Shown here one piece after another: positions 13,256-23,980 of a DNA stretch of 41,377 bases. Below the pieces are notes generated by a model. The model did not search any database and was not told where the DNA came from. It worked only from the letters and a program-made list of their open reading frames with translations. The stretch is from Pseudobdellovibrionaceae bacterium (lineage in GTDB: Bacteria; Bdellovibrionota; Bdellovibrionia; Bdellovibrionales; Bdellovibrionaceae), in contig JANWYU010000156.1 in NCBI GenBank assembly GCA_025055135.1, forward strand, positions 1 to 41,377, in the 5' to 3' direction. A program made the position numbers and the translations under genes. The first letter of the stretch is position 1; each line of letters begins with the position of its first letter.

Positions 13256-13937
13256 CAAGGGGAATAATCAGGAGAGCCCTTCTTATGAAGCCGATATGTC
13301 TCGTCTTAAGGAGTGGTTTCCCGACCTATCCTCCTCAGGGGTTTTTGGCCAACTGCTTCAGTTTCGTGGGTTGCTTGATCGATATAACCAAAAGTTAAAT
13401 CTGGTTTCCGATAGGTCACTTCAGCAGGCTGCTCAAATTCACTTTGCTGATTCTATATTGGGTAGCCGTTTGATTGTGGAACGGGGCGGGGTTCAAGGAT
13501 CGATTTATGATTTTGGTTCTGGAAATGGTTTCCCTGGGATTGTTATGGGAATTTTATATCCACAGCTTCAGGTTCGTTTGGTTGATGTGGATGTGCGAAA
13601 GTGTGAGTTTTTAAAAGTCGTAGTTTCAACATTGGATTTAAAAAATGTATCTGTTATTAATCAAAATGTTACGGAATTGGGACCGCAATCCGTTCCGTTT
13701 GCAGTGTCTCGAGGGTTTGCGAACCTGTCACGGTCATTATTAGCGGCTCGAAAGATCTTTTCCTTGGGAGGGAAATATTTTCATTTCAAATCAGAGGAGT
13801 GGGTCCGTGAGGTATCTGAAATACCTACGGCCCTATGTCCTTTTTGGACACCAGAATTATTGGGGGAATATCAAATTCCTGGTCACACCGGGAAGATGTT
13901 TATTGTCAAGACCATTCGCAGTCAGCGTTTAGAATAA
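13227..13937 (+). CDS. rsmG: 16S rRNA (guanine527-N7)-methyltransferase RsmG (GidB)
   Basis: SAM-binding motif DFGSGNGFPGI, positioned after mnmG. The start is uncertain; an in-frame ATG at 13296 is an alternative. Confidence 0.85.
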   Translation: MKAAGSNVFNKGNNQESPSYEADMSRLKEWFPDLSSSGVFGQLLQFRGLLDRYNQKLNLVSDRSLQQAAQIHFADSILGSRLIVERGGVQGSIYDFGSGNGFPGIVMGILYPQLQVRLVDVDVRKCEFLKVVVSTLDLKNVSVINQNVTELGPQSVPFAVSRGFANLSRSLLAARKIFSLGGKYFHFKSEEWVREVSEIPTALCPFWTPELLGEYQIPGHTGKMFIVKTIRSQRLE

Positions 13938-13988
13938 CTAATTATTAAAACATAATCCGCCGTTGGAGGTTTAATTATCATTTTGATT

Positions 13989-14030
13989 GATGATTTGTTT
14001 TTTGTTAAACAGAGCAGCAAATCATCTTTT
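13989..14030 (+). terminator. Weak hairpin plus T-run downstream of rsmG (possible intrinsic terminator)
   Basis: GATGATTTG (13989-13997) pairs with CAAATCATC (14018-14026). The loop is 20 nt and TTTT follows. The stem is AU-rich, so this is weak. Confidence 0.25.
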
Positions 14031-14046
14031 AACAGAGGGAGTAGCA

Positions 14047-14466
14047 ATGAGAAATTTAGTTATAATAGCGGTTGGGTGTTTGGGTCTTGTGTTGTTTAGC
14101 AGTTCGCTAGTAACCGGAAAAAACCGGATTGAAACGGAATGCACGTATGAGTTTGATAGGTTTGTGGAGTCGGTTATTTCTGAAGGAGTTTATCAAATTA
14201 CATGTATGACATCTGATAGAAGAAGGGCTTTTCATTTACAAAATTTGGGTGATCGGGACAGAAAGAAAAGATTTATATTTACTGTAGAGAGGAATGGTGT
14301 TTTGGATTATGAACTAAGTGATATATTAGAATGCAAGATTATAGAAGAGATAGATTGTTCTAAAAAATCAGATGATTGTTTTATTAATCCCGTTAAACAA
14401 GTTCGTTTTGCCGTGTCCGACCATAAAAATACGTGTGAAAAAATAAAAAAACTAGGTATGTTTTGA
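14047..14466 (+). CDS. Hypothetical small secreted Cys-rich protein
   Basis: The ATG at 14047 is preceded by GAGGGAG. A signal-peptide-like N-terminus is present (MRNLVIIAVGCLGLVLFSSSLVTG) and the mature part has 6 Cys. I recognise no family. Confidence 0.55.
   Translation: MRNLVIIAVGCLGLVLFSSSLVTGKNRIETECTYEFDRFVESVISEGVYQITCMTSDRRRAFHLQNLGDRDRKKRFIFTVERNGVLDYELSDILECKIIEEIDCSKKSDDCFINPVKQVRFAVSDHKNTCEKIKKLGMF
14437..14453 (+). repeat. 17-nt exact direct repeat, copy 1 (GAAAAAATAAAAAAACT)
   Basis: Identical to 15247-15263. It overlaps the last codons of the Cys-rich ORF. Confidence 0.9.
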
Positions 14467-14648
14467 AAAATGAGGAGGGGAACCTTAATTTTCTAGACGA
14501 AACCAAATCGGGTCCATTTAAGTTGTATTGTGTAAACACAGCAAGAAACGAGTTAGTTGAAATTGCCGCATGTTTTGCTGATGAAAATGGTGATAAATTT
14601 GAGGAATTTATTCGTGTTGGCACATCAATCCGTTCGGGGTTTAAGTAG
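14463..14648 (+). pseudogene. Dubious 61-codon ORF, possibly a degenerate relic of the parA 5' region
   Basis: TTG start only, with no well-placed RBS. It is collinear by eye with the parA leader and first ~51 codons: FKLYCV vs MKIICV, AACFADENGDKF vs [20 protein letters not shown] vs [10 protein letters not shown]. It is preceded by the 17-nt repeat. Confidence 0.25.
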
Positions 14649-14697
14649 TAGAAATCCCAAAAAGGGGTGAGAACGAAAACGTTTTAGTGGGCTTTTT

Positions 14698-14713
14698 GGT
14701 TCCACGTGGAACT
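14698..14713. promoter_or_regulatory. parS-like centromere site 1 (GGTTCCACGTGGAACT)
   Basis: The inner 14 bp, GTTCCACGTGGAAC, is a perfect palindrome. It matches the parS consensus TGTTTCACGTGAAACA at 12/16, and two of the four mismatches (positions 5 and 12) are a symmetric, palindrome-preserving pair. It lies ~600 bp upstream of parA. Confidence 0.7.
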
Positions 14714-14806
14714 TCTTTACAATGCCCCATCTAGAACGATTTTAATTTATTTATTGGTTCACTTCTATAGGCTCACTTCCCCAACAATAAGGGGCGAGGG
14801 AGACCT

Positions 14807-15208
14807 TTAATGGTTGTTTTTAGCGCCTTCTCCATGGAAGATTTTAACCAAACCCGTCTTTTGACTCTCGATTCGCTCATATTTTAACCGATAGTGTGCC
14901 GCTAGGTAATCGCGGTAGGCAAACTCCAGGTTTTGTTTTGATGCATAATAGTTGGATTTTTCTTTTTGTAGCGAGTGGCGGCCAGGTTCTTTTGCTGATT
15001 CTTGATAAATTTTTTGCGCCGATAAGTATGTATCTTGTGCCGCAGCAAGCTTTTGTTGTTTCGATTCGAGATCGCGCAGCGATTCCAAATACGTCATATC
15101 GGAGCGGTAGGCCTCTGGGTCGATCTTGCGACGACAAGCATTAACTAACAGAAATGTACCCAAAATGAATAGATTTACATAAAGTAATTTTTGTTTTCTT
15201 TGTGACAT
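14807..15208 (-). CDS. Hypothetical membrane-anchored or lipoprotein-like coiled-coil protein
   Basis: 133 aa with a hydrophobic N-terminus ending LLVNAC (imperfect lipobox), then a charged helical region. The RBS is weak. It is the only minus-strand gene between 7.0 and 23.3 kb. Confidence 0.55.
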   Translation of the reverse strand: MSQRKQKLLYVNLFILGTFLLVNACRRKIDPEAYRSDMTYLESLRDLESKQQKLAAAQDTYLSAQKIYQESAKEPGRHSLQKEKSNYYASKQNLEFAYRDYLAAHYRLKYERIESQKTGLVKIFHGEGAKNNH

Positions 15209-15226
15209 AGTTGCTTATGATTGGTT

Positions 15227-15242
15227 TGTTCCACGTAGAACA
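15227..15242. promoter_or_regulatory. parS-like centromere site 2 (TGTTCCACGTAGAACA)
   Basis: 13/16 match to the parS consensus and one change from the palindromic core of site 1. It lies 67 bp upstream of the parA ATG. Confidence 0.65.
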
Positions 15243-15246
15243 TCGG

Positions 15247-15263
15247 GAAAAAATAAAAAAACT
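15247..15263 (+). repeat. 17-nt exact direct repeat, copy 2 (GAAAAAATAAAAAAACT)
   Basis: Identical to 14437-14453. It lies in the parA upstream region, 4 nt after parS site 2. Confidence 0.9.
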
Positions 15264-15308
15264 TGAAAAGAAAGAAAAAAGGGGTTCTCTTAAAGTCGAG
15301 GTGGTGCC

Positions 15309-16106
15309 ATGAAGATAATTTGTGTGGCCAATCAAAAGGGTGGAGTTGGAAAAACGACGACTGCAGTAAACCTGTCTGCTGCTCTTGCCGAGCGAGGCAA
15401 GAAGGTTCTGTTAGTGGACCTGGACCCTCAGGGCAATGCCAGTTCGGGATTGGGGTTGAAGCGCCAGGATTATCAAGAGCTCAACATTTACCAAGTATTA
15501 ATTGGTGAAGCTCAAATAACTGAAGCTACCTATCCAACAGGACGATCGGGACTTTTTATCGCTCCGGCAAACCCTGATTTGGTTGGGGCCGAGCTAGAGC
15601 TTATTGATTTGCCCGATCGGGAGTATCGATTAAAACAGGCCTTGAAAGCGGTTGAAAATCACTTTGATTTTTGTTTAATTGATTGTCCGCCCTCGTTGGG
15701 CCTGTTAACGGTCAATGCCCTTACAGCAGCGCATAGCTTTTTAGTGCCACTTCAGTGCGAGTACTATGCTTTAGAGGGATTGAGTCAATTATTAAACACA
15801 GCGGGTCTCATAAAAAAGAATTTTAATCCCCACTTGATGATTGAAGGGATCTTACTAACCATGTTTGACACGCGTAATAATTTGAGCCATCAGGTTGTTC
15901 AAGAAATACAGGCCCATTTTGACGACAAGGTTTTTAAGGCGATTATTCCGCGCAATGTCCGACTTTCGGAGGCTCCCTCTCATGGCAAATCCATTCTTGA
16001 TTATGATGGAAGGTCGGTTGGTGCATTAAAATATTTAGAGTTGGCTGATGAACTTTTGAACAAAATGCGACTAACATCATCAGTAGTAAGTGAGTCTCGA
16101 GTATGA
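15309..16106 (+). CDS. parA: Chromosome partitioning ATPase ParA/Soj
   Basis: Deviant Walker [26 protein letters not shown]. The stop overlaps the parB start (ATGA). Confidence 0.95.
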   Translation: MKIICVANQKGGVGKTTTAVNLSAALAERGKKVLLVDLDPQGNASSGLGLKRQDYQELNIYQVLIGEAQITEATYPTGRSGLFIAPANPDLVGAELELIDLPDREYRLKQALKAVENHFDFCLIDCPPSLGLLTVNALTAAHSFLVPLQCEYYALEGLSQLLNTAGLIKKNFNPHLMIEGILLTMFDTRNNLSHQVVQEIQAHFDDKVFKAIIPRNVRLSEAPSHGKSILDYDGRSVGALKYLELADELLNKMRLTSSVVSESRV

Positions 16107-17065
16107 AAGGTGATAATTCCACTCAGCCATCGAAAAATAAGAGGGTTTTAGGAAGAGGAATTAGCAGTCTCCTTGGTGTTACAAACACATTGGACAACCA
16201 ACTGACTACTCATTTGGATATCCAACAGGGCATCGATGCACAGAGAATATGGAAAATACCCATTGAAAAGATAAAGCCTTCTCCTTGGCAGCCGCGTCAG
16301 ACCTTTAAACAGGAAGAGCTCAACGAGCTTGCCGCCTCAATTAAAGAAAAAGGGGTAATTCAGCCCATTGTTGTTCGTCAGGAAGGCGATTTCTTCGAGC
16401 TGATTGCTGGTGAGCGTCGATGGCGGGCAGCACAAATGGCAGGGCTTCATGAATTGCCGGCCATTATTAAGAACTATGACGATATCGAGAGCTTAGAGGT
16501 TGCGATTATTGAAAATATTCAGAGGTCCAATTTAGATCCGATTGAGGAGGGGCTCGCCTACCAGAAATTAATGGGTCAATTTGGTTTAACTCAAGCCCAA
16601 ATAGCCCAAAAAGTTGGCAAAGATAGAGCAACGATCGCCAATCTTTTGCGATTACTCACGTTACCGCCTTCGGTTCAAGAGCATTTGAGGAAAGGGTTAC
16701 TATCAACGGGACATGCTAAGGTATTGTTAGGCTTATCTGATAGCAAGGAAATTGAGCATTTTGCAAGCCTCATCATTTCAAAAGGGCTTTCTGTAAGACA
16801 GCTAGAAAGGCTCATTAAATCCGTCAGAACGGACGAAGGCCCAAAGACACGCTCTGGCCTTGTGGGTTCACTAGAAGGAGCTCGTATCAATCTGTCGGAC
16901 TCTATAAAGTCGGATTCTGTAAATACGAAACGAATCCAAAATCGATTAAGCCAAGTTCTTGGCACTAAGGTGGAATTAAAACAGTATTCTGATCATGGCC
17001 AGTTGATTATTTACTATTTTTCTTCCGATCAATTAAGTGAAATCGTGGAGAAACTGGGTGGGTAA
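16103..17065 (+). CDS. parB: Chromosome partitioning protein ParB/Spo0J
   Basis: ParB/Srx N-terminal domain with the arginine patch GERRWRAA and an HTH region ([24 protein letters not shown]). Confidence 0.95.
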   Translation: MKGDNSTQPSKNKRVLGRGISSLLGVTNTLDNQLTTHLDIQQGIDAQRIWKIPIEKIKPSPWQPRQTFKQEELNELAASIKEKGVIQPIVVRQEGDFFELIAGERRWRAAQMAGLHELPAIIKNYDDIESLEVAIIENIQRSNLDPIEEGLAYQKLMGQFGLTQAQIAQKVGKDRATIANLLRLLTLPPSVQEHLRKGLLSTGHAKVLLGLSDSKEIEHFASLIISKGLSVRQLERLIKSVRTDEGPKTRSGLVGSLEGARINLSDSIKSDSVNTKRIQNRLSQVLGTKVELKQYSDHGQLIIYYFSSDQLSEIVEKLGG

Positions 17066-17067
17066 CA

Positions 17068-17418
17068 ATGCTTAAGGAAACGCAAGAAAGTCTTCTCGCT
17101 GAGGGAGTAAAAATTGAAGGAAAGCTCATTTACCAAGGCGTTCTCAAGGTGGCAGGAATTTTTGAAGGTGACATTTATTCAAGTGACACCCTAATTGTCC
17201 TACCCACTGCCCTTGTTCGTGCAAACATAGAAGCCGATCAAGTCCTTATCGCGGGCAAAGTTGAAGGAAACATATTTGCAAAAACTCGAGTGGAAATATA
17301 TTCTTCTGGTTACCTAAAAGGAACCATTCAAACGCCTGTTCTTTCCATTGAAGAGGGTGGAGTCTTCGAAGGTGCGTCGAGCATGACAAGACTTGACCTT
17401 TCGCCAAATAGCCCTTAA
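17068..17418 (+). CDS. Bactofilin-family cytoskeletal protein
   Basis: 116 aa with a repetitive beta-helix pattern (G.I.G.L...G.VEG.I......V.I...G.L.G.I) typical of the DUF583/bactofilin domain. It starts 2 nt after parB. Confidence 0.8.
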   Translation: MLKETQESLLAEGVKIEGKLIYQGVLKVAGIFEGDIYSSDTLIVLPTALVRANIEADQVLIAGKVEGNIFAKTRVEIYSSGYLKGTIQTPVLSIEEGGVFEGASSMTRLDLSPNSP

Positions 17419-17452
17419 TCAAAAACTCTAAATTGTGCTTGGAGGCGTTTAA

Positions 17453-17884
17453 ATGGAAGTTCTCCAGTTGTTAGGTTTTAACCAAACGTTTTATATTCAG
17501 TTTGCGATTAGCCTACTCACGTTAATTTTTTTAACGAATGTGATTTTCCGCCAATTTCATCTTTTGCACTTAGAGCGAATTGCTCAAACAACAGGTAATG
17601 AGTTGGAGGCTCTTCAATTAAAAGAAAAAGTTGAAATTCAGAGGAAGGAGTATGAAAAGCGGCTGCTTGAGTTAAATGAGCAAATTACTCAAATATTCCA
17701 ACGGGAGAAAGAGAAGGCAAAATTGACACAAAACGAGATTGCCCAAAATGTAAAACAGCAGATTGAATCACTACAAAAAAAGAACAAAGAACTATTGTTA
17801 AACGTAAAACAGGACTTTTTAAGCCAAAGGGATCGCTTGTTGGAAGAATTTAGCGAACTCATTTATAAAAAGCTAGTAACCTAA
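17453..17884 (+). CDS. atpF2: F-type ATP synthase Fo subunit b'-like (single N-terminal TM helix plus coiled coil)
   Basis: 143 aa with one TM helix (FAISLLTLIFLTNVIF) followed by a long charged helix. It lies immediately upstream of subunit b and delta. Confidence 0.65.
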   Translation: MEVLQLLGFNQTFYIQFAISLLTLIFLTNVIFRQFHLLHLERIAQTTGNELEALQLKEKVEIQRKEYEKRLLELNEQITQIFQREKEKAKLTQNEIAQNVKQQIESLQKKNKELLLNVKQDFLSQRDRLLEEFSELIYKKLVT

Positions 17885-17885
17885 C

Positions 17886-18476
17886 ATGAATCGATTTTTT
17901 AGAGTGAGGATGAATATTTTATTATACTTACTTGTCGTAGCTCTTTGTGATATGGCATATGCTGGAGGTGGCGCAGGAGAGGGTTGGACCGAACATGCCA
18001 CTCGAACTTTAATTTTTCAAGCCGTTAATTTTTCGATTTTGGTTGGGGGGCTGATCTATTATCTTCGTCGACCTGTTGTGGACTATTTTAAACAGCGAGC
18101 GGCTCAGTATTATGAGGTTTCTTCACGAGCAAGAGAGCAACTAACAAAGGTACGACAGGAAATGTCTGATCTTCAAAAACAGATAACCAAGCTTGAAATG
18201 ACCTGGCAAGATTCCATTTTAAAAGCGCAAGGGGATGCCGCTGAGATGCGCAACAAAATGGTTCAACAAGCCCAAGAGACGGCACAAAAAGCCATTTCTG
18301 ATTTTCAAAGGGCGATGGAGATTGAAAGAAACAGCGCACTCGAATCTCTAAAAAAAGAATTTATTGAGCATGTGGCTAAGGATGTGGAGCGCCGTCTTGC
18401 CACACAGCTCACCAAAGAACAACATCGGCTTTTACAAACCCGATCCAATAAATCAATAGAGGAAACACATTTATGA
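17886..18476 (+). CDS. atpF: F-type ATP synthase Fo subunit b
   Basis: TM helix (LIFQAVNFSILVGGLIYYL) followed by a long charged helix. The stop overlaps the atpH start (ATGA). It carries an extra signal-like N-terminal segment. Confidence 0.78.
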   Translation: MNRFFRVRMNILLYLLVVALCDMAYAGGGAGEGWTEHATRTLIFQAVNFSILVGGLIYYLRRPVVDYFKQRAAQYYEVSSRAREQLTKVRQEMSDLQKQITKLEMTWQDSILKAQGDAAEMRNKMVQQAQETAQKAISDFQRAMEIERNSALESLKKEFIEHVAKDVERRLATQLTKEQHRLLQTRSNKSIEETHL

Positions 18477-19012
18477 AAAAAACTGATGGGGTCATTCTCT
18501 CTAGACGTTATGCAAGGGCCCTATTCCAAAAATCTCGTGAGGAAGGCATTTTGGAACAAACTTTAGATGAACTGCAGACCCTAAATCTCGCATTTAGTAG
18601 TGATGATCTTTATAACAAAATTCCTATTTCGAAGCCTCTTCAAAAAGAAATTTCCGACTTACTAAGTAACAATGGGTTAAAATGCACCAAATTAGTAGCC
18701 CAGTTTTTAAAGTTACTTTTAGCAAACAACAGGATCCAATTACTGCCTCTTATTGTAAAAGAGTTCCAGAGCCTTTGTGATGGGCATCACGATTTGGTTA
18801 GGGGAACATTAATTACAGCGGCAGAAATCGATGCTGATCAAATAGCAAAAATTCAGGAAATTGTTACCAGGAAGATCGGCAAGCGGGTGATCTTTGAGCA
18901 CCGATATGACCCAAATATACTGGGAGGGGTTATTGCAAGGGTTGGAGGATGGACTTTTGATGATTCTTTAAGAAGGCATTTAAATGTCTTAACTCAAAAA
19001 TTGTTAAACTAA
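18473..19012 (+). CDS. atpH: F-type ATP synthase F1 subunit delta (OSCP)
   Basis: 179 aa, positioned between b and alpha. The C-terminal IGGVIARVGGWTFDDSLRRHL is typical of delta. Confidence 0.85.
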   Translation: MKKTDGVILSRRYARALFQKSREEGILEQTLDELQTLNLAFSSDDLYNKIPISKPLQKEISDLLSNNGLKCTKLVAQFLKLLLANNRIQLLPLIVKEFQSLCDGHHDLVRGTLITAAEIDADQIAKIQEIVTRKIGKRVIFEHRYDPNILGGVIARVGGWTFDDSLRRHLNVLTQKLLN

Positions 19013-19016
19013 TTAA

Positions 19017-20546
<1,530 letters not shown>

Positions 20547-20558
20547 GGTTTTGCGGCT

Positions 20559-22849
<2,291 letters not shown>

Positions 22850-22876
22850 TAAACTTACAGACTGTCGAGGAAGACT

Positions 22877-23278
22877 GTGTTTAAATTGACGATAGTAACC
22901 CCAGATCGCAGTGTGATTCAAAACGCTGAAGCAGAGGATTTAGTTGTTACCGGCTTTTCGGGAGAATTAAACATTCTACCTGGCCATACTCCTTTAATGA
23001 CTCTGCTTCGTCCCGGAAGGCTAGTCTATCGGTTAAGTTCTGGTAAATCCAACACCTATTTTGTGAACTGGGGATATTGTCAGGTACAGAAGGATGAGGT
23101 CTTAGTGCTGGCCGAGTTGGCGAAAACCAAGGAAGAATTAGACAAAGCAAAAATCCAGGAAAGGCATCAAGAATTAACCGGACAATTGCAAAGCCAATCC
23201 GTATCTGAGTTAGATTATGAGCGATTAATGAATGAGCTAGAGGAAGCACGAGCGGCTCAATTTTTTGTGGAAAACTGA
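22877..23278 (+). CDS. atpC: F-type ATP synthase F1 subunit epsilon
   Basis: 133 aa, GTG start with GAGGAAG upstream. N-terminal beta-sandwich pattern (LTIVTPDRSV...ILPGHTPLMT). It is the last gene of the operon. Confidence 0.9.
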   Translation: MFKLTIVTPDRSVIQNAEAEDLVVTGFSGELNILPGHTPLMTLLRPGRLVYRLSSGKSNTYFVNWGYCQVQKDEVLVLAELAKTKEELDKAKIQERHQELTGQLQSQSVSELDYERLMNELEEARAAQFFVEN

Positions 23279-23343
23279 CAATAACCGGACAACCACAAGA
23301 CCAAACCAAAATAAAAATTTATGTTGAAGGCCTTCCGGATTGT

Positions 23344-23919
23344 TTAAAACTGCATGGTAAAACCGAAATTAATAGAGTTACCTTGAGTACCCTTGTGGAG
23401 ATCGTAGGTAGTCCAAAAAATATCGACAAAAGAATTTTCTAATCCATAATCAAATAGGGCCTTTGTGGCATAGTCTGGTTCAATCCAGTTCAATTGAAAC
23501 AGAATCCCGAATTTTATTGGACTTTGCTCAACTTTTGATGAGGATTCGATAGGAAATCCGTAGCTGAAGTAAGGAACTACAAACGGTTCACTAAAAAACT
23601 TGTCAAACCAAATGCCCATGTGGACTAAGCTACCGCTGACATCGAGGGCAGAAAGGTGTTCCCCGGTGATTCCCAAACTAAGAGAAGCCAAGTGATATTG
23701 TATTGCTAATTGAGAATAGTAACGGAGAGGATCGTTACCTACCGCAAAGCTGAGTAAATAGGTTACTGGGGCATGCCGTTCTTTGAAAGGAGCATAAAGT
23801 TTTTCAGCAGAATCTACTTGGACTTTCGCGTCGCATTTTATGGTGATATTACCATAAAGAAAATAGACTACAGATGTTAAAAACACGACTTTTCTTAAAA
23901 TATCGTTAGTTTTGGTCAT
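23344..23919 (-). CDS. Hypothetical outer-membrane beta-barrel protein
   Basis: Signal-like N-terminus from the ATG at 23919 (MTKTNDILRKVVFLTSVVYFLYG). Alternating hydrophobic pattern and a C-terminal ...INFGFTMQF with terminal Phe, typical of BAM substrates. Confidence 0.5.
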   Translation of the reverse strand: MTKTNDILRKVVFLTSVVYFLYGNITIKCDAKVQVDSAEKLYAPFKERHAPVTYLLSFAVGNDPLRYYSQLAIQYHLASLSLGITGEHLSALDVSGSLVHMGIWFDKFFSEPFVVPYFSYGFPIESSSKVEQSPIKFGILFQLNWIEPDYATKALFDYGLENSFVDIFWTTYDLHKGTQGNSINFGFTMQF

Positions 23920-23980
23920 GCCTCTATTTGATAGCAAACGTGTGACAAATGCAATCAATCAACTCAATAATGAAAGCTAT

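Noticed and set aside
14463-14648. The 61-aa ORF superficially resembles the N-terminus of a DEDD/DnaQ-like exonuclease (FLDETKSG ~ DxETTG; ELVEIAAC ~ IIEIAAV; ENGDKFEEF).
   Set aside because: The Asp-x-Glu spacing is wrong (DE, not DxE). The spacing between the motifs is too long. There is no downstream Exo II/III sequence in any frame. Collinearity at the nucleotide level with the parA 5' region, including the exact 17-mer, explains the ORF better.
23326-23335. The palindrome GAAGGCCTTC, with an adjacent TCCGGA, in the convergent atpC/OMP spacer, considered as a bidirectional terminator.
   Set aside because: It has no loop, can form only ~4 bp of usable stem, and has no flanking T-run. It is not a credible intrinsic terminator. 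The same holds for the TCTTGAaaaaTCAAGA hairpin at 38841-38856 between ispA and plsC, which has no following U-tract.
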